A stretch of 64,000 nucleotides of DNA. Source: Podarcis vaucheri (taxonomy: Eukaryota). The notes below the pieces were generated by a model, which worked only from the letters and a program-made list of their open reading frames with translations, was not told where the DNA came from and did no database searches. The position numbers and the translations under genes are program-made. Numbering within the stretch: the stretch's first letter is position 1; every line of letters begins with the position of its first letter. Shown here one piece after another: positions 39,483-53,450 of the stretch. Location: the NCBI GenBank assembly GCA_965113315.1, contig OZ220366.1. One strand, 5' to 3'.

Positions 39483-40876
39483 CTCTTCACAAGCCACATT
39501 GACATTGGCTTGCAGCATCCTCGAGTGTTTTGACCTGGCTGGAATGCATGTTTGAATTCTTGCTTGCTTGCTTAGACGGAGGATAGCTAAACTTGACCTT
39601 CATTTCTCCACCCTGTCTCTGGCCCTGCCCATCACTGGCAAGTGGGGTTGCTGGGAAGGTCTTCTATCTTAAAAAGAAAAAAGGTTCCCCATCCCTGCCT
39701 TAGCATGTCACTTTTAAACCACACCTGAAGCAGCAGTGATACTTGTCTTTGCTCTGACTAGCTGAAGAAAAGCTTTCTGAAAGTAATGACCAGGCAGGTC
39801 TTTGATCAAAATTTGTAATACGCCTTTGTTAAGCTGGTCCCTTCCATATACTTTGGCTCTCATCAGCCTCTGGCATAATTGCACCAGTGTGGCTTTTCTG
39901 AGGGAATATGGAAAACTAACAATGCACAAAAAACCCCAATAATACAGATATACTCTTTGGGAAGGACAAAATAAATACAGACACAGTAAACAATAGATAT
40001 ACTATATTTTAATAAGCTATTGCTCCTTGGTATTTTTTTTTAAAGACAATGAGAAGCAGCTCAGAATTCTGCTTCTGATCAAGCAAGGTAGCCCTAGATT
40101 TCCACAATCTCAAAATAAACAGTTATGTGTTTGTGTTATAGACAAATCTCTGAATATAAGACGATTAGGGGCAACCTAATCAGGGATTATTGTTAATAAA
40201 CTTGAACTAAGCCACACGTGGTTAGGTAGCAAGAAACTGACCCAGTAATATGACAGCTCCCGTGGAAATGAAATCTTAAATAGAAAAATAAAATTAAAAA
40301 TGCACATACACAGATATGCTCTCTATTCAAGTGGCATAATCATGCGCTGTGATTATGAATAATAAATAACAATAATTATATTTATAAAGCAGCCTGCACA
40401 TATACTATGATGGCACTTGTGATTCAATGAGCTGTTGCATCAAGCAGAGTATGATTAAATGAAAGAACACTTATTTTAAAAGGACATTTTAGAAAACGAA
40501 ACGGGGAAGGGAAAGGATGAAAAGCATATCTGTACTATTTTATATTTTCCAAACCTGTTGTTTCTTTAGCCACTGATTTGTCCAGGCCACTGGACTTGCC
40601 TGTTCTTATATAATATTTGACCCAGTCACAGAGCTATACATGCCCTCCAATAGTATACATGTCTACTCAGAAGTAAGCAGGCCTACTGAATTCAGGGGGA
40701 CTAACTTCCAGGAGAGAACAGAAAATTTACCAGTTTGGGGGTGGGACTAGTGCCATGTTGAATTTTGGGGATGTGTAAAATTTCAGCTGCAAAAGTTGTT
40801 TTTGGGTGGCATTACAAAAAGTGTTCACAAACCTTGCACTCTGCATACATAGGAGACTATCTCATTCGATTAATGT

Positions 40877-41010
40877 GCACTAGGGCTTTTTCTGCGGTGT
40901 TGCCCCAAAAGTGGACAACTCTCTCTCAAGAGATTAGGTTATCGCCCTCTCTTTAATTAAACACTGTTAATTGAAAAGATTCATGTTTAAATAAGCTTTT
41001 GAGTCTGTTA
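40877..41010 (+). mobile_element. Old L2-type LINE 3' fragment
   Basis: Translates to RAFSAVLPQKWTTLSQEIRLSPSL, a decayed version of the L2 ORF2 C-terminal motif. Confidence 0.6.
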
Positions 41011-44000
41011 CTGCTTGACGTGTTGATTTTGAGACCTGCAATTTGCGTGTTGTTGTTTTGGCTGCTGTCTTTAGACTGATCATTTGTGTTGGATCGCAGT
41101 TGGTTGTTTTGTGGAGGGGAGAAGTAGGGCACATTTTAAATAAATAAATGCACAATTATAGCCGTAGTCACTAGAACTAGAGAGCTGGCTAAAAATATAT
41201 GTGCTCTGTAGGTGAATTTACATTTAATTCGTGGAAACCCCACTTCCAAGTTGGGCCCTCTGCGCATAAGAACTTCTGTATGATGTCTTGTTTCGCTATC
41301 AGAAGAGGTTTTGGTTTTTAGCACATGTTGCCTCTTTAGATGAGCCAGTTTGTCTCTGGCAATTTTTTCTTTTTTTCTTTCAATATTTGATTTGCAAAGG
41401 GTTGAAATAATTATAAAGAATTGTTTTGCTCGAGGGACTCCGGACTTACAACACTATAGAACTGCCATTTACTAGGATTTTTAAAGGACATCATTACATA
41501 AATATCTAGTGTGGCAGTGACTCTTCTTTTTTCAACTGCCCTTGAAATTTGAGCTTATATGTAAGCACAGGGCCAGGACTAGCTTTGTCTGAAGATTAGC
41601 AGTCAATCAAAGAGCCCCTACAGATTAAACCTGCATCAAGGTAGACCTGATCTACCTTGGTATTTGGTAGGAAACAGCTCAATCCATAAATTCAAAGAGG
41701 GAAAACAGAAGGATAGCAGCTGGCGAAAAAAGATTACTTTTCTCATTCCACAGTACATCACATTGTAGTGCAGCTCTCAAAGTGAGAACAAATTATGACT
41801 AAATGTTCAGTGACTGAGGGATTAGAGAGTTCAGTTTAATAAACAGGCAGAAGCCCTGGTAATTCCTAGTGAAAAGAGACTTTAATAACTCGCTTTGGAT
41901 ACATTGATAACAGGAATAGGCGAGCGCTATAATAGAGACAGAGTGAAAAGTGACAGTCATTTTCAAACTTGCTACTTTGCCGAATGATTGAATCTCAATC
42001 ATTCAAGTCCAATGGGCACTTGAGTCTGATGGAACAGGGAAGCAGCCATCACTAGGAATAATGTACTTGTATAAATAACTTTTCTTATCTCATGAAAAGT
42101 TCCTGTTTGAGAAGCAGTACTTTAGTCTTCCTTGTTGGGAACAAAACAAATATATATTCTCAGGCATTTGTTCTTTTCAAAATGCTTCCAGATTGCTAAG
42201 GAAGGAGATGGCTTACATTGTTAACGTAATATGTACAAATGTGGGTCCAGTGGCTTTATTTGTACATTCAAAATTTGGCCTTCATTCAAACCGCACTTGA
42301 TTAAAGCTTTGAAGCCTTACTACTTTTAAGCATTAAGCAATATGATCTGAATATGTATGTACAGCAGGGTGGGTGCAAGACATGTTACTACCTGAGGTGC
42401 AGCAGCAAATGATCTTCAATCTTCCCCAAGTGTCATGCCGTTTTGTATCCAAGGTGGCTGAGACAGAAAATTTCACAATCGAGGATTTGTGCAATCCCTT
42501 CCTGACTGTAAAAATACAGCAACAGTAAATTTCATAGCTAACAATATGCTCCCCTTTCATGATACCCCAAATCAGCTGTCTGAGGCAGTTGCCTACCTCT
42601 GCCTAATGGTAGGGCCAGCTCTGTCTCACAGCAAACCTGTTCTCTGCCATATATTGGGCGAAGGTTTGGGTACCATTTCCAAAATCTTAGTCTTAAAGGC
42701 AGCAGAAAAATAAAATGCTCTTGTTTTTAAAATTAAGGACTTAAAAACCAAAACTTGTTTGTCTAGAAATGACGGGGAAGGGTCATGCATGCAGAAGATT
42801 CCAGGTTCAGTTGTTGGCTGGGAGAGAATTCTGCCTGCAATCCTGGAGGGCTGCTGGCGGCCACTGCAAACGATACTGCGCTCAGTGGTCCAATGGTCTG
42901 ACTCAATATAAGGCAGTTTCTTATGCTCCTATTCAATTATTCTTTCTAGCTATACATACGTTCAAGGAAATGATTTGCACGATGTGCTGTGGAAACAGGA
43001 GGTTCAATAGCCTGCAGTCCTTTCCCCCCGAATTATGCCAGGTCAAGATTGCATATGATTTGGCCTATGCACTTTGGACTTTGTGCTCGTAGGCATAGCT
43101 GATATGTCAGTTCTAATGTGCAGAGGAGCGCCAGGTTGCTAGGCTGGTTATGAGCAGAGGTGAGGCAGGCTTGGCACCAGAACTGAATTGTCTCCCCTCC
43201 CCTGCCCCATACTGTACTCTTACTTGCATATGAATAGGGTTAGTGTAGATCTGTGTTGCATAATTTACATATTATGCAAACTGTTTCCTAATGATGCACA
43301 CCTTCCTCTGATTTTGTTTGGGAAATGTACTAGAGGGTTTTGAATGTCTTAACGAGATTATGCATCTGAACGCAAATCAGTGGCGCACACGGCTTCAGCA
43401 TGCAGCTGAGCACAGACCTAGGCTGGGAGTGTGTCTGAGAAGGCAACTGAAACTCTGAGCTTCCCTACAATCTGAGGTGGGCTTGTTATGGGGTTCAGAG
43501 TTCAGTTTCCTCAGAATGAAGGTCAGCAGAGACTGGGGAGGTGGGGGAAGCCCTCTGAACACTGAGGGTGCCTGGCCTCTTCAAATAACAACAAAAAACT
43601 ACTGGCCCCTAGGACCTCTAAACTATCTGTAATTGCAAGTAAAGTCTTGTAAGAGATCACCTCACAGTAATAACATTCTTTCGTATCCCTGTCTCATTGC
43701 CCATGCCTACTAGTGCTATGTGCTACATCTTGTGACTTCAATTTGCTCTGATTTCTGAGTCGTTGTTTCTTCCATCTCTGTCAGGAATGCTTCTAACAGC
43801 AAGCCCCTGACAGTTTGCACTACTGCTAAGTAACTTCACTTCGCATATCTCAGCTACTTAAAACTAACAAGCCATGCGTGTTTCTCTCATCCAAAATTCC
43901 TCCACAACATTACAAAACTATTTCCATGATCCTTCAAAGCTTTAGGAGGCAGGGTGTGTTTCTGTGTGCCCAATGAGCTGATGGCAAGCATTCGAGCCCT

Positions 44001-46163
44001 TGTCAAATTGCCATCTTTGGAACTTTAAATAAAATTACCAGATGCTAATTCTTGACTTTTAATTGTTCCCTTTTGTTTTGCATGAAACTCTATGGGTATC
44101 GCTGTGCTTGCATTTTCACAGGCAAGTCAGCACAGCTGTGAACTAGTGTATAATTGCATCTTTACAAATAAAAGTCCAATGTGTTTGAAACAAATGCAAC
44201 AAACCTGCCTTCCCCTATCAAAATTATGGAGGAAGTTAGGAGGGCCATTAATGAAATCCACAGTCAAATCGTAGCATTTTAAAAATAGTAGGTAAAAGGG
44301 GACTATTGTAAAAGCTAAGGGGGCTTCCCTGCCCCTATAATTCAAGCCCTGCCTTGTCGGCCACATCCAGAATCCTCTGTGGAAATCACAATTCGAAAAA
44401 TGAATTGTGTTTGTTGCATTGCTTGAGAACTTCAATGTAACTCAAGTTGAAAAGTTTTGCTGGGTTCTTTCATAATAAAATATGTCATGAAACATTAAAG
44501 CAGGGTTTGTTTAATTGTGTGTCGTTTCTTGCGTATTTGGTCCTTTAGGCATTATAAACAGCAAAAGCCTGTCTCTTTCTTTCTCTCTACAGACACTTGG
44601 AACGTTTCTCTTTGCAAAACGAGCGCTCCCTTTCCATAAAAAATGAAAGCCTTGCAACCAGCACCAGGGCACTCAAATATCATTGGAGAATTGAAACCTG
44701 TCACACTGCATTCCATAATTTTCCAGCATCACAGGAATGATTCACCCTGATTGAGACTGCAGGCAAGTGACAAAATACTGCTGTATTAGCCAAATAATAA
44801 AAAAAGCAATTTTTGCTTGTTTTGTCTCATTTTTAATCCATCGTATAAGGAAAAGCACATGGAGATCGTGAACCTGCATAAAAGCACAAATGACTAATGC
44901 AAAATCAGCACACTTTAAATCTCTTTTGAGTTGTATCCAATTGTGCTTTTGCTAAAGCAAGTCAGGGCAACTGATTTTTGCAAACTGACCCCACACTTTG
45001 TTCTGGGGCCTCTTTCTCTGGCTTCTAAGAAAAAGGAGCTCAGAAAACCATGCTAAAATGAGTTGGGTGGGCTGCTGTTGAATGTCATATTGTCAAAAGT
45101 ACCTTCTCTTGAATAGCTGAAGGTAGGAGATCCAAATGTCAGGCTGAGCACCAGAGACCTCTCACATCTGCATTTAAGGCCACAAAAAAGCATTTAACAG
45201 CTTTGTGCAAAGGTCTCCCAAGTTTAGCTTTCACTATTTGCAGGCAGGGGGAAATTCTAAAGTTTCTGCTACGTATTTAGCCTTTCCTGCAAATTCTGAG
45301 AGCGAGCATTGCACCTGATCCACAGCTAGCACCTTGTCGAACAAGAATAGCAAAGGAGATACAGTCCAGTATGCTCCTGAGATAATTACCTTCTTTTTCA
45401 TATCCTTTGTCAGTCAAGCTGTACAATCCTTTAAACATCCACAGTAAAAAATATTTCAAAAGGCTTTACCTGATGTCTGCAAAAGCAGAAACACTTGAAA
45501 ACTTAATCCCGCTTGATAAAAGCTGGCTGTGCTGATTGATTTAAATCAGAAACACAGGATCTGGCTATTGGGTACAGAAACTGTGGAACAGTAAAATCAA
45601 ATTCACACCCATTTCTGTACAATGGAATGCAAGGGAATTTCACATACCTACTAAATATTTCATTGAATTTTAGGGGCCATTTCCAAGATCTTAAGTTTGA
45701 TTTACTGCACACTGCTTTCTTGAATATACTTTTGCATCCAAACTGCTAATAGTTAGGACTTAACAAAGTTATTAGTGAAATAATAATAAAAAATTGAGCA
45801 TCAATGCTACTGTTGCTATTGGTAGTTTGGGGCAGAATAGTCTCCTTAAAAGATGGAGGAAAAGAAATGCATTGAGTCTCTTGTTATTTTGAGAACACGA
45901 GTGGAGCAGGAGTGGTTTCCATTGGAGTGGCCTGTTAAAACCATACAGTTAAGCAATATTCAGCTGAATGTGCAAACTGCAATCTATCGAGCTGGAGAGG
46001 ACATAAAATGTGGGTGTTTGCAAAGTGATCATGATGTTGTAGACACTGAATGATCAACAGTGAACTTGCTATTTGGAGATGAATGACTGGATGTGGTTCA
46101 GAGGATGATTGCTGCGGTTACTACTAGCTGGTTTATTTTTGGGATGGAAATCAGCTGTTTGCG

Positions 46164-46886
46164 TGTCGAGACCCCGAGACCACCCTCTCGTTGATGAGTA
46201 AGACACAAGGACACAGATATTAGGTTAATGTTATTGGTTACAGAATGTGAGCGGTATTGGCTTAGGCATTGGAATTGACGAGACTATATCTGACTCCTGC
46301 CCGTCACACAGGGAGTCCTGTAAGGATCAACCACTGGTAGGGGAAGCCCCGTCGATGCAAACCAACTTGAGCTCCCTGTGGGTTCCTGACGGAGTCATGG
46401 CATGGCCCTAGCCCAGCCCCGGACTTCAGACAAGATCCACACCCCCGGATTCCTTTAACGGAATACCCTTAAGCTTGGAGGGGCAGGTGATGGCCACACC
46501 TCCCCTCCCCCATCATAAGATCAATCAATGCCTAACCGCCAAACCTTACAAAGTTGTGACGATTGCTACGAGGTAGGTGAAAACCAAATGGCCCAAGCCA
46601 ATTTGCCAAGTGGGAAAATTCCTACCACGCCCCTCAATGGCAACCAACTGAGGTCCATAGCAAGGCCAAATTCAAAACCTGAAAATAGGGAGAGCGAGGG
46701 ATCAAGGAAGTGAGCCAAGTGGAAGCTCTCCGGCTCACGCCTCAGTTTAAATGGGGCCTGGCCAGGCCCCCGCCCCCAGCCAGCGGATTTGCTGGCAGGC
46801 GAATGACATGGCTGGGAACCTCCGGGGGATGCAGGACTTCGTCCCCCGCCCCCGGAGGGGAGTGGGTGGCCATGTGGTCCACCACA
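46164..46886 (-). mobile_element. Possible solo LTR
   Basis: GC-richer block with TG...CA termini. The minus strand has a TATA-like ATTTAAA near 46746 and a degenerate polyA signal (AATAAC) followed by GT-rich sequence near 46230. No TSD found. Confidence 0.45.
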
Positions 46887-49739
46887 ACCCCTCCCCACTG
46901 GGAAGTAGAGCAGATTTGTAGTATGTTCTGGTATCTTTTAGGCACTTACATCAATATGGCAGGTGGCCATCTCTGGAGAAATGTACAATTTCTTTAATGA
47001 GGCTGGTTGTTTAAGCGGGGCTGAGGAGCTTTGATACTGCAGACTTCCATCAACCCCAGCCAGCAAAGCCAGAAGTCAGAGAAGGTAATAGACATGGCTA
47101 ACTTTGGTAGATTAATTTCAGTGGGTCTACTCTGAGTAGGACTTAGTTGAAGACAACCCACAGTCATGGCTCATTGTTATGCTTTTCAAGGAAGCAGGCA
47201 TGACAAAACAAAGAGTAGGAGGTTTTGCCTCAATGCCAGGCTCTCTTGGCATTGAAGAAAAGACCCGATTGCCACCTTATTCTTCTGTTGCTCATTGTTT
47301 GCATGCAAAACAGCTACAACAAAAGCATATGCCAATGTCTAAAGCAAGGAACCTGTGGCTTTCCAGATGTTTTTGGAATGGAAATCCCATCGTCCCTGGC
47401 CACTGGCTGGTCTGATGGGAGCTGGGAGTCCAGCCACATTTGAAGAGCCATAGGTCCATCCCTGGAATAAACAATTCCTCAAATATGCATTTTAGTGACA
47501 GAATTTGCTGCCAGCTTTCAGATTCGTATTAAGTCTGCCTAGGGCATTGTGGTTCAACCTTTCCAGTACTATGCCTACCCAAAGCAGTAGCAGGTTGTTA
47601 AGACAGCAAGCTTTTGCCTGGCATCGTATTCAATAATCAAGTTTTTCCTGTTTGAGCAACATTTTTGGTCATGGCATCAGTTGGAGTACCTGTCAAATAA
47701 TTTGTTGTACAGGAAACAAAAGCGTAGGAGGTGGCAATTGCTCCTGGTACTTGTGTTTGAACTCCATGGTAGTGATCAGTCACTACTTTACCCTGCAGGA
47801 CTCTCCTAATGAATTAAGAGTGAGCTTGTCATTTCTATTCAGACAGACAATGAACTGCATACAAAGGAGGAAGAACCACCCATCACCTTGCTCTTTCTTT
47901 TCTTGTTTCACAGACCCTCTGCATGATCTGGTAAGTTTTACACAACTGATGCCGTTTGCAGTAATTTTTCTTGGAGCAATTTGTCAATAGCACTAGCGCT
48001 AGCAAGAAGCCCTGACATTCTGTTTTGAGCTCTTTTGCGGTGTTCCTGCCAGGGAAATGACACTCCCAATTTCTTGCTTTCCTCCCCAAGATTTGTAGAA
48101 CAGGTGTTTGAGCTTTTCTTCAAGCTGTTATTACTTGGAAGCGATTTTCTCCTCCTCCTAAAGTAAGCTGTTGGTGTTGTGGGGCCACGGGCAACTTATT
48201 TCTATATTGAGCATTTTTCATTAGTGTTCCTCGTAGTTAAGAAAGCGTTTATTTACATATTTTATTAGCTGGTTGACTTCTGCCTGGCTTTCTAGAGATT
48301 AGGCTCCGTGGAGGAGAGGATAACTTTGAGAACTTGTCTTAAGAGTGGGGTGGAGGTAGGAAACCTGGAGCACTCCATTGTCCTATTAGCTCATGAGTGT
48401 CTGAAACAGGAGCTCCAGTAGAAAAGGTGGGGAGAGTGAAGAGGATGAATACTTGAAGCCATTTCGGAGTATCCAGAGAACAAAAGGTTTCTCTGCTGAT
48501 TGTGAGTTTGGGCCACTAGTAAATCCTCCATCCAAATCTGTAGTATGGCATTTGGGCATGCAAGTGGAGGACTGAAAGCCCACCCCCATTGTAAACTGTG
48601 TGTGCGTCTCTGGTCAGAAGGGTCAGTGATAGCAGTAGCAGCTAGCATATACATGTTTTAGCAAGAATTGGCGCTGACCAGTGTTGGGCTCTTTCAGGTA
48701 GAAACCCAATGCTGGTAGTGGAAGTTTACCTATTATCATGCTAATTCATGTATTCTATTTGCAGCTGCTGCTTCCCAGTTAGTGCCAGGCCCCAGAACTA
48801 AGGAGGTAAAGGCAATACTTTATTTTAAAGGAAAGATGCTAGCGCACCCAAACCCAACACAACTAAGAAGGAAATGCTAAAAATGAACAATTTTACAGCT
48901 GATTTGTTGATGGGCAAGAGAGGGAAGGAACTGAAGTCACATGAGCTGTATGCTCTGTACTAGAGTTCATCAGCGCTCTGTGTAACCCAAATAATGAGAT
49001 GATTGGGGTGATTTTGGTTGCACGCTCACATTCCTGAGTTTGAACATGCTTCTGAGTCATTCTGTGGCCTGTTTTTACAGGAAGTTAAAAGCACAACCTA
49101 CCCTCCTTATAGTTTCTGAGAAAGAAATTTCAGAGTTCAAGGGGGGAGGGGTAATGAAGTTGTTTTGGCTGAGAGTAAAGCATAAGTACCTTCTTTCCAT
49201 GAAAATTAAAAACCAGAGCATGCTTGCCTTCACAGAGGGTACTTCCAGAAAATGGGTAGCAGTGGCAAGGAAAAGGTAAGATTGCCTAGATGCTTGACCT
49301 ACTATTTGTCTGAACTTTGGCTGGTCATACCCAGGGACACTTTTCTCATGTTCCTCGTTTTCAGACCTAAGAGAACATGATTTTCCTAACATCCCAATAT
49401 TATGCTTATTTGCTCAGAAATAAAACCTGCAACCCTTTGGTTCTATAAAAGGCAAAGGCATGTGTTCGGGGGGGGGGGGGGCACACAACACAAACACAGC
49501 CTAGCAGCATGTGCTAAAGGTTGGTTATTTGTATTATACTAAAGTCGATGGGGCTACATAACTTGAAGAATTTTCTGTAAGTTACAAATGAGGTAGAATG
49601 GAAGGGCAATGTAATATTTCATTTTAAATACAATCTGCACTAAAAAGAGAAAGCAAGAAACGCAACTGAACTTTGAATAAACGTATGTCCAAACTATGTC
49701 TGTTAAGAACTACAATGAACACGTTTTCCCCCCTTTTTG

Positions 49740-52139
49740 TTTCACAAATGCAGTTATTTATTTATAACATATTAAAATATAAAACATTGTCTATCTGATC
49801 AATTTTACATAGAAAATATGAATACAGTAATAAAATACTGAAAATATTTGAAGCACCAGAACATTAAGAGCATTAATTGGCATATGCTTATGAATATATT
49901 CTGAAAACATTTATCAAAGTGAAATTAAATCTAATCCAACTCACTGATAAGCATTTTAAAAAATAATAATTTGAGACTAGAATTATTCTATATTTTGTAC
50001 TTACAGTTGACTTGCTGAGGAACTACAATAATAGAATTTAACTGAAGGTAATGGAACTGATGAGAGACCAATTAATCAAATTGTTTTGGCTTGTTTGTGA
50101 AATATGAAGTGACTTGCATAAGAAAGATATGTTTCTTATGATCAGCTGAAACCGTAAGCCAATAAAGAACAAATCCATGGGCACAAAGGTAAATTCTATA
50201 AAAGCATTTCATACCTGTATCATTGAATGCTTGACTAAAATCACCTTGCATTATTATTGTCTAGAATATGTTCAATTTTATAAAAGTCAATTCAGTGATC
50301 AAAACCTTTGGTGAATGTTTCAGTAAAATGAGTAGGTAGCAAGAGACCCATCTTCCTAGGGTTTGGGATATGAAACAAGGTGGCACTATACAGGAAGCCA
50401 GCAGACTCATAAAATTATTATAACAAGCCAAATAAATCTGCTGTCATCCTCTCTACTTTCAAGCTTAGCTAAATGAACATAGCCAAATTCTACACATTAA
50501 GGTAACAGTCAAATAGATATACATGCTTAAGCCTACTGAAACCAATAGCTGAAAATTTGTTTAACTTGTAAAAGTAAACTGCATTTCCCACAAAGTTATT
50601 ACTAATAAATTAAAAATAAAATACAAGAACCCAGAAGAGTGAGCAGCATTATCAAGGTGAGATACATTGTAGTGGAAGTAGTAGTATGTGATATAAATTA
50701 TGGCCTCAATTATGAGAGCTTAGTGCCACTGGAGTGAAGCAACATCACTGCATATGCAGAAGCTCAGCTACTCAGGGATTTTTTTCCTTTACATAAAATA
50801 GGAACAGCGGAAGAGTGTAGCAAAAAGTGCCTATGTGCACATAGAGCTTCTCATATGCAGAAGGAAAGAGGAAGTCCCTGCACATGCTGTGTGCTCCAGA
50901 GCATAACCAATGAGTGCCTGATTGCGAGTACAGGCTGGTTTAGATTTTTTGATTCAAATTATTCTACAGCAGAAAGAAGCGCTGAGAACTGATCTTAGGA
51001 CTTCATCTGCAAACATGACTTACGGCACCATGTATTGTTACAACTTGTCTGATTTACAGAAGATTAAATGTTAACCAAAACATGAGCACTCTCTTACTTT
51101 TAAATTTCATATAGCATAGTTATAGTTATGTAAAAGGAATGTTTAACTGGGAATGTTTTTATTCATCTTTTAGAATGCTTTCTTGTAATGGTTTTCAAAA
51201 AGAACTATTTGCAATTCCTCTGTATACCTGTATCTTCCTACTTTCTTCCATATCACACGTGATTTACAACACATATTTGAGAAATTACAGGAATTATTCC
51301 AAACTTAATAACAAATAATAATTTATGGTGTTCTATTTGTTGTCCTTGAATTGCAGAAGAACACCAACCTAGTGGGAAACTGACAATAAATTTCATGGCA
51401 TAATATGGTTACACTCCTGAACTAGCTAGTTTAGTTCTGTAGACTAAGACACACTGAAGAATGGAGAGTTGTGTTCCTGCACAATTCTTTTTCAGGTATC
51501 ATGGTATATAGTAATGTACTATGGCATTCTTGGAAAAACTAACTTTTATTTTGGCTCTTTGGAACCATTGCAGGCATTTCCAGGCAATTATGGCTACAAA
51601 TTATTCAATGCAAAATAGTATAACCTTAAATATCTGTAATAATTTCAGGGGGGGAAGTGAGCAAGAATAAAGACCACCACCCCCAGACTGCAGTTCTTCC
51701 ATTTCAAACTGCATGAGCTGTATCATTTCCTTTTATGTACAAATAGCATAAATGAGGCTTTCCTATATTGTTACTAATTTGCACTTTCATTTCAAGGGAA
51801 ATACATTTTATGCACAAATTGTTTTGATACATCTTGTATACTTCTGCATGACAGAAATAAAAGTAAAAATACATTAAGTCATAAACACCTTTTGTTCTGT
51901 AACAGTTATTAGGTTGCCCAGTGTAAATGACTCCTTTAATATCCTGTTTTATTTCCTGTACTTTAATAAATATCAACAAAGTCACTCTACTTGTTGATTA
52001 AAGGCATAGATCACAATCTTGTGATTCACAGTTTCTGGAGAGTCTCATATAGATCTCCTTTTTGGCAGTTTCATAGTACTGGTTCTTTGCCTTTTCCAAA
52101 TGAATTGCAGAGAGGGCTTACCGTACAAAGCATTGCTAC
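49740..52139 (-). other. MOSPD2: Probable MOSPD2 3' UTR
   Basis: AT-rich, repeat-poor stretch after the stop codon. Minus-strand AATAAA occurs at 49757-49762, with more proximal candidates at 51545-51550 and 51948-51953. The end point is inferred. Confidence 0.55.
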
Positions 52140-52286
52140 TTAGCTCCTTGGCGCATACAACAAGTAGAAACAAAAGGTAGTACTGGCCAGTAATAGAAAC
52201 ATAAACAAGAGAGTCAATTGCTGGAACCAGACGCAACGATCAATCTGTTCTCGGAGTCTTTTATTAGCTTGCAATAACTGTGTTAG
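52140..52286 (-). CDS. MOSPD2: MOSPD2 last coding exon (short coiled segment, C-terminal transmembrane anchor, stop)
   Basis: Polypyrimidine tract and AG acceptor, then LTQLLQANKRLREQIDRCVWFQQLTLLFMFLLLASTTFCFYLLYAPRS* (recalled human: ...RCIWFQQLLLSLTMLLLAFVTSFFYLLYS). Confidence 0.96.
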   Translation of the reverse strand, partial: LTQLLQANKRLREQIDRCVWFQQLTLLFMFLLLASTTFCFYLLYAPRS

Positions 52287-52772
52287 CTGGAAAGGGGGGG
52301 GTGAGAGTAAACAATAAATAAATAAATCACACAATTTTAATGCCTAAAACATATTTTATCAGTTAGCGGAAAATATGCCTATGTTCTACTATATAAGTAA
52401 GGCATGCTATGTGCTAGCCATACATTCAACATATACTAAGCTCATAGTACTTTCCTTATCACTATTATCGTCCCTCACATTAGATATGGCCACTACATGG
52501 CCTAATGTCCAGTTACATAATTTAACTGTGTTCTGTAAAAAAATACTTCATTTATTTCTGTCCTGAATTCCCCACTATCTATTGCTTTTTAAAGAGCAGC
52601 TCCTTAGAATACAGCAACAGTCATCCTGGAGGGGAGTCTCCAACCTTCAGTTCTTCAGGTTTTCAAGGGCACTAAAGGCTACAGGAGGAAGGAGGATATT
52701 GAAAGCCCCCAATGCACTGTACATTCCTACAGATCCAGCTGGAAGCTATATATTAATATGCACAAGTGTTAC

Positions 52773-52875
52773 CTGTACGTGTAAATCTTCATTCGTTTTT
52801 GCAGGAATATTGAAGGAATTTTCATTTATTGTTAATGAAGAAGGTTTGCTGCTTTCCACAACATGACATCTTAAC
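52773..52875 (-). CDS. MOSPD2: MOSPD2 penultimate coding exon
   Basis: 103-bp AG/GT exon encoding LRCHVVESSKPSSLTINENSFNIPAKTNEDLHVQ (part of ORF 52746..53003). Confidence 0.95.
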
Positions 52876-53434
52876 CTGGGACAAATAGAAACAGCAGAAC
52901 AGTGAAATGTAGTACAATTGTAAGAGGACATGGTTATTTTTTCTTTCTTTCTCCAAGCCTCTTCTGCTTCATAGATTCCATTCCCTGCTGGTATTTGTTT
53001 CATATGTTCAACGATGCAGCCTTTATTTCTGCTTCCCTTCCTTGCCCCTGCCCATCACAGTGACCAGCAAAGAGAAGATCATCATCAATTATAACAGTGC
53101 TGGAGTCAAAAGGAAACCTAACCATATTTCTGAGGAACCAGCAATCAGAAGGACAAGATTACCTGCACAAAACATAAGTGGTAATGGTTTGGGAAGCTTC
53201 TATAAGCACTGACTAGCTACAGACAGTGACGTGCTAGGGAGAACACAATCTGAAAGGGAGTGATGAGAACACTATTTTGGAGACTGGCTCTCATCTTTGG
53301 CTGTGCACATGTACTAGATTTGAAAGGGAAAGGAAGGGGGCTTGGAAGGGCAATAGATAATTCAGGAAGCATTTCAATTTAAAGCTTTGTAAATTTAAAC
53401 AGGGAAAACAGGTAGAGAAAAACGGGACTCCACG

Positions 53435-53450
53435 TCGCCATCTGGTGGCA
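53435..53450 (-). promoter_or_regulatory. Candidate CTCF binding site
   Basis: The minus strand reads TGCCACCAGATGGCGA, a close match to the CTCF core GCCACCAGRKGGCR. Confidence 0.55.

Noticed and set aside
38879-39555. Overlapping GC-rich ORFs or a CpG-island promoter
   Set aside because: Explained by a GC-rich transposon with an 8-bp TSD and visible CpG decay. No recognisable protein.
52045-52236. Alternative-frame hydrophobic ORF overlapping the last MOSPD2 exon
   Set aside because: It has a non-ATG start and no supporting splice site. The hydrophobicity is a by-product of T-rich transmembrane codons.
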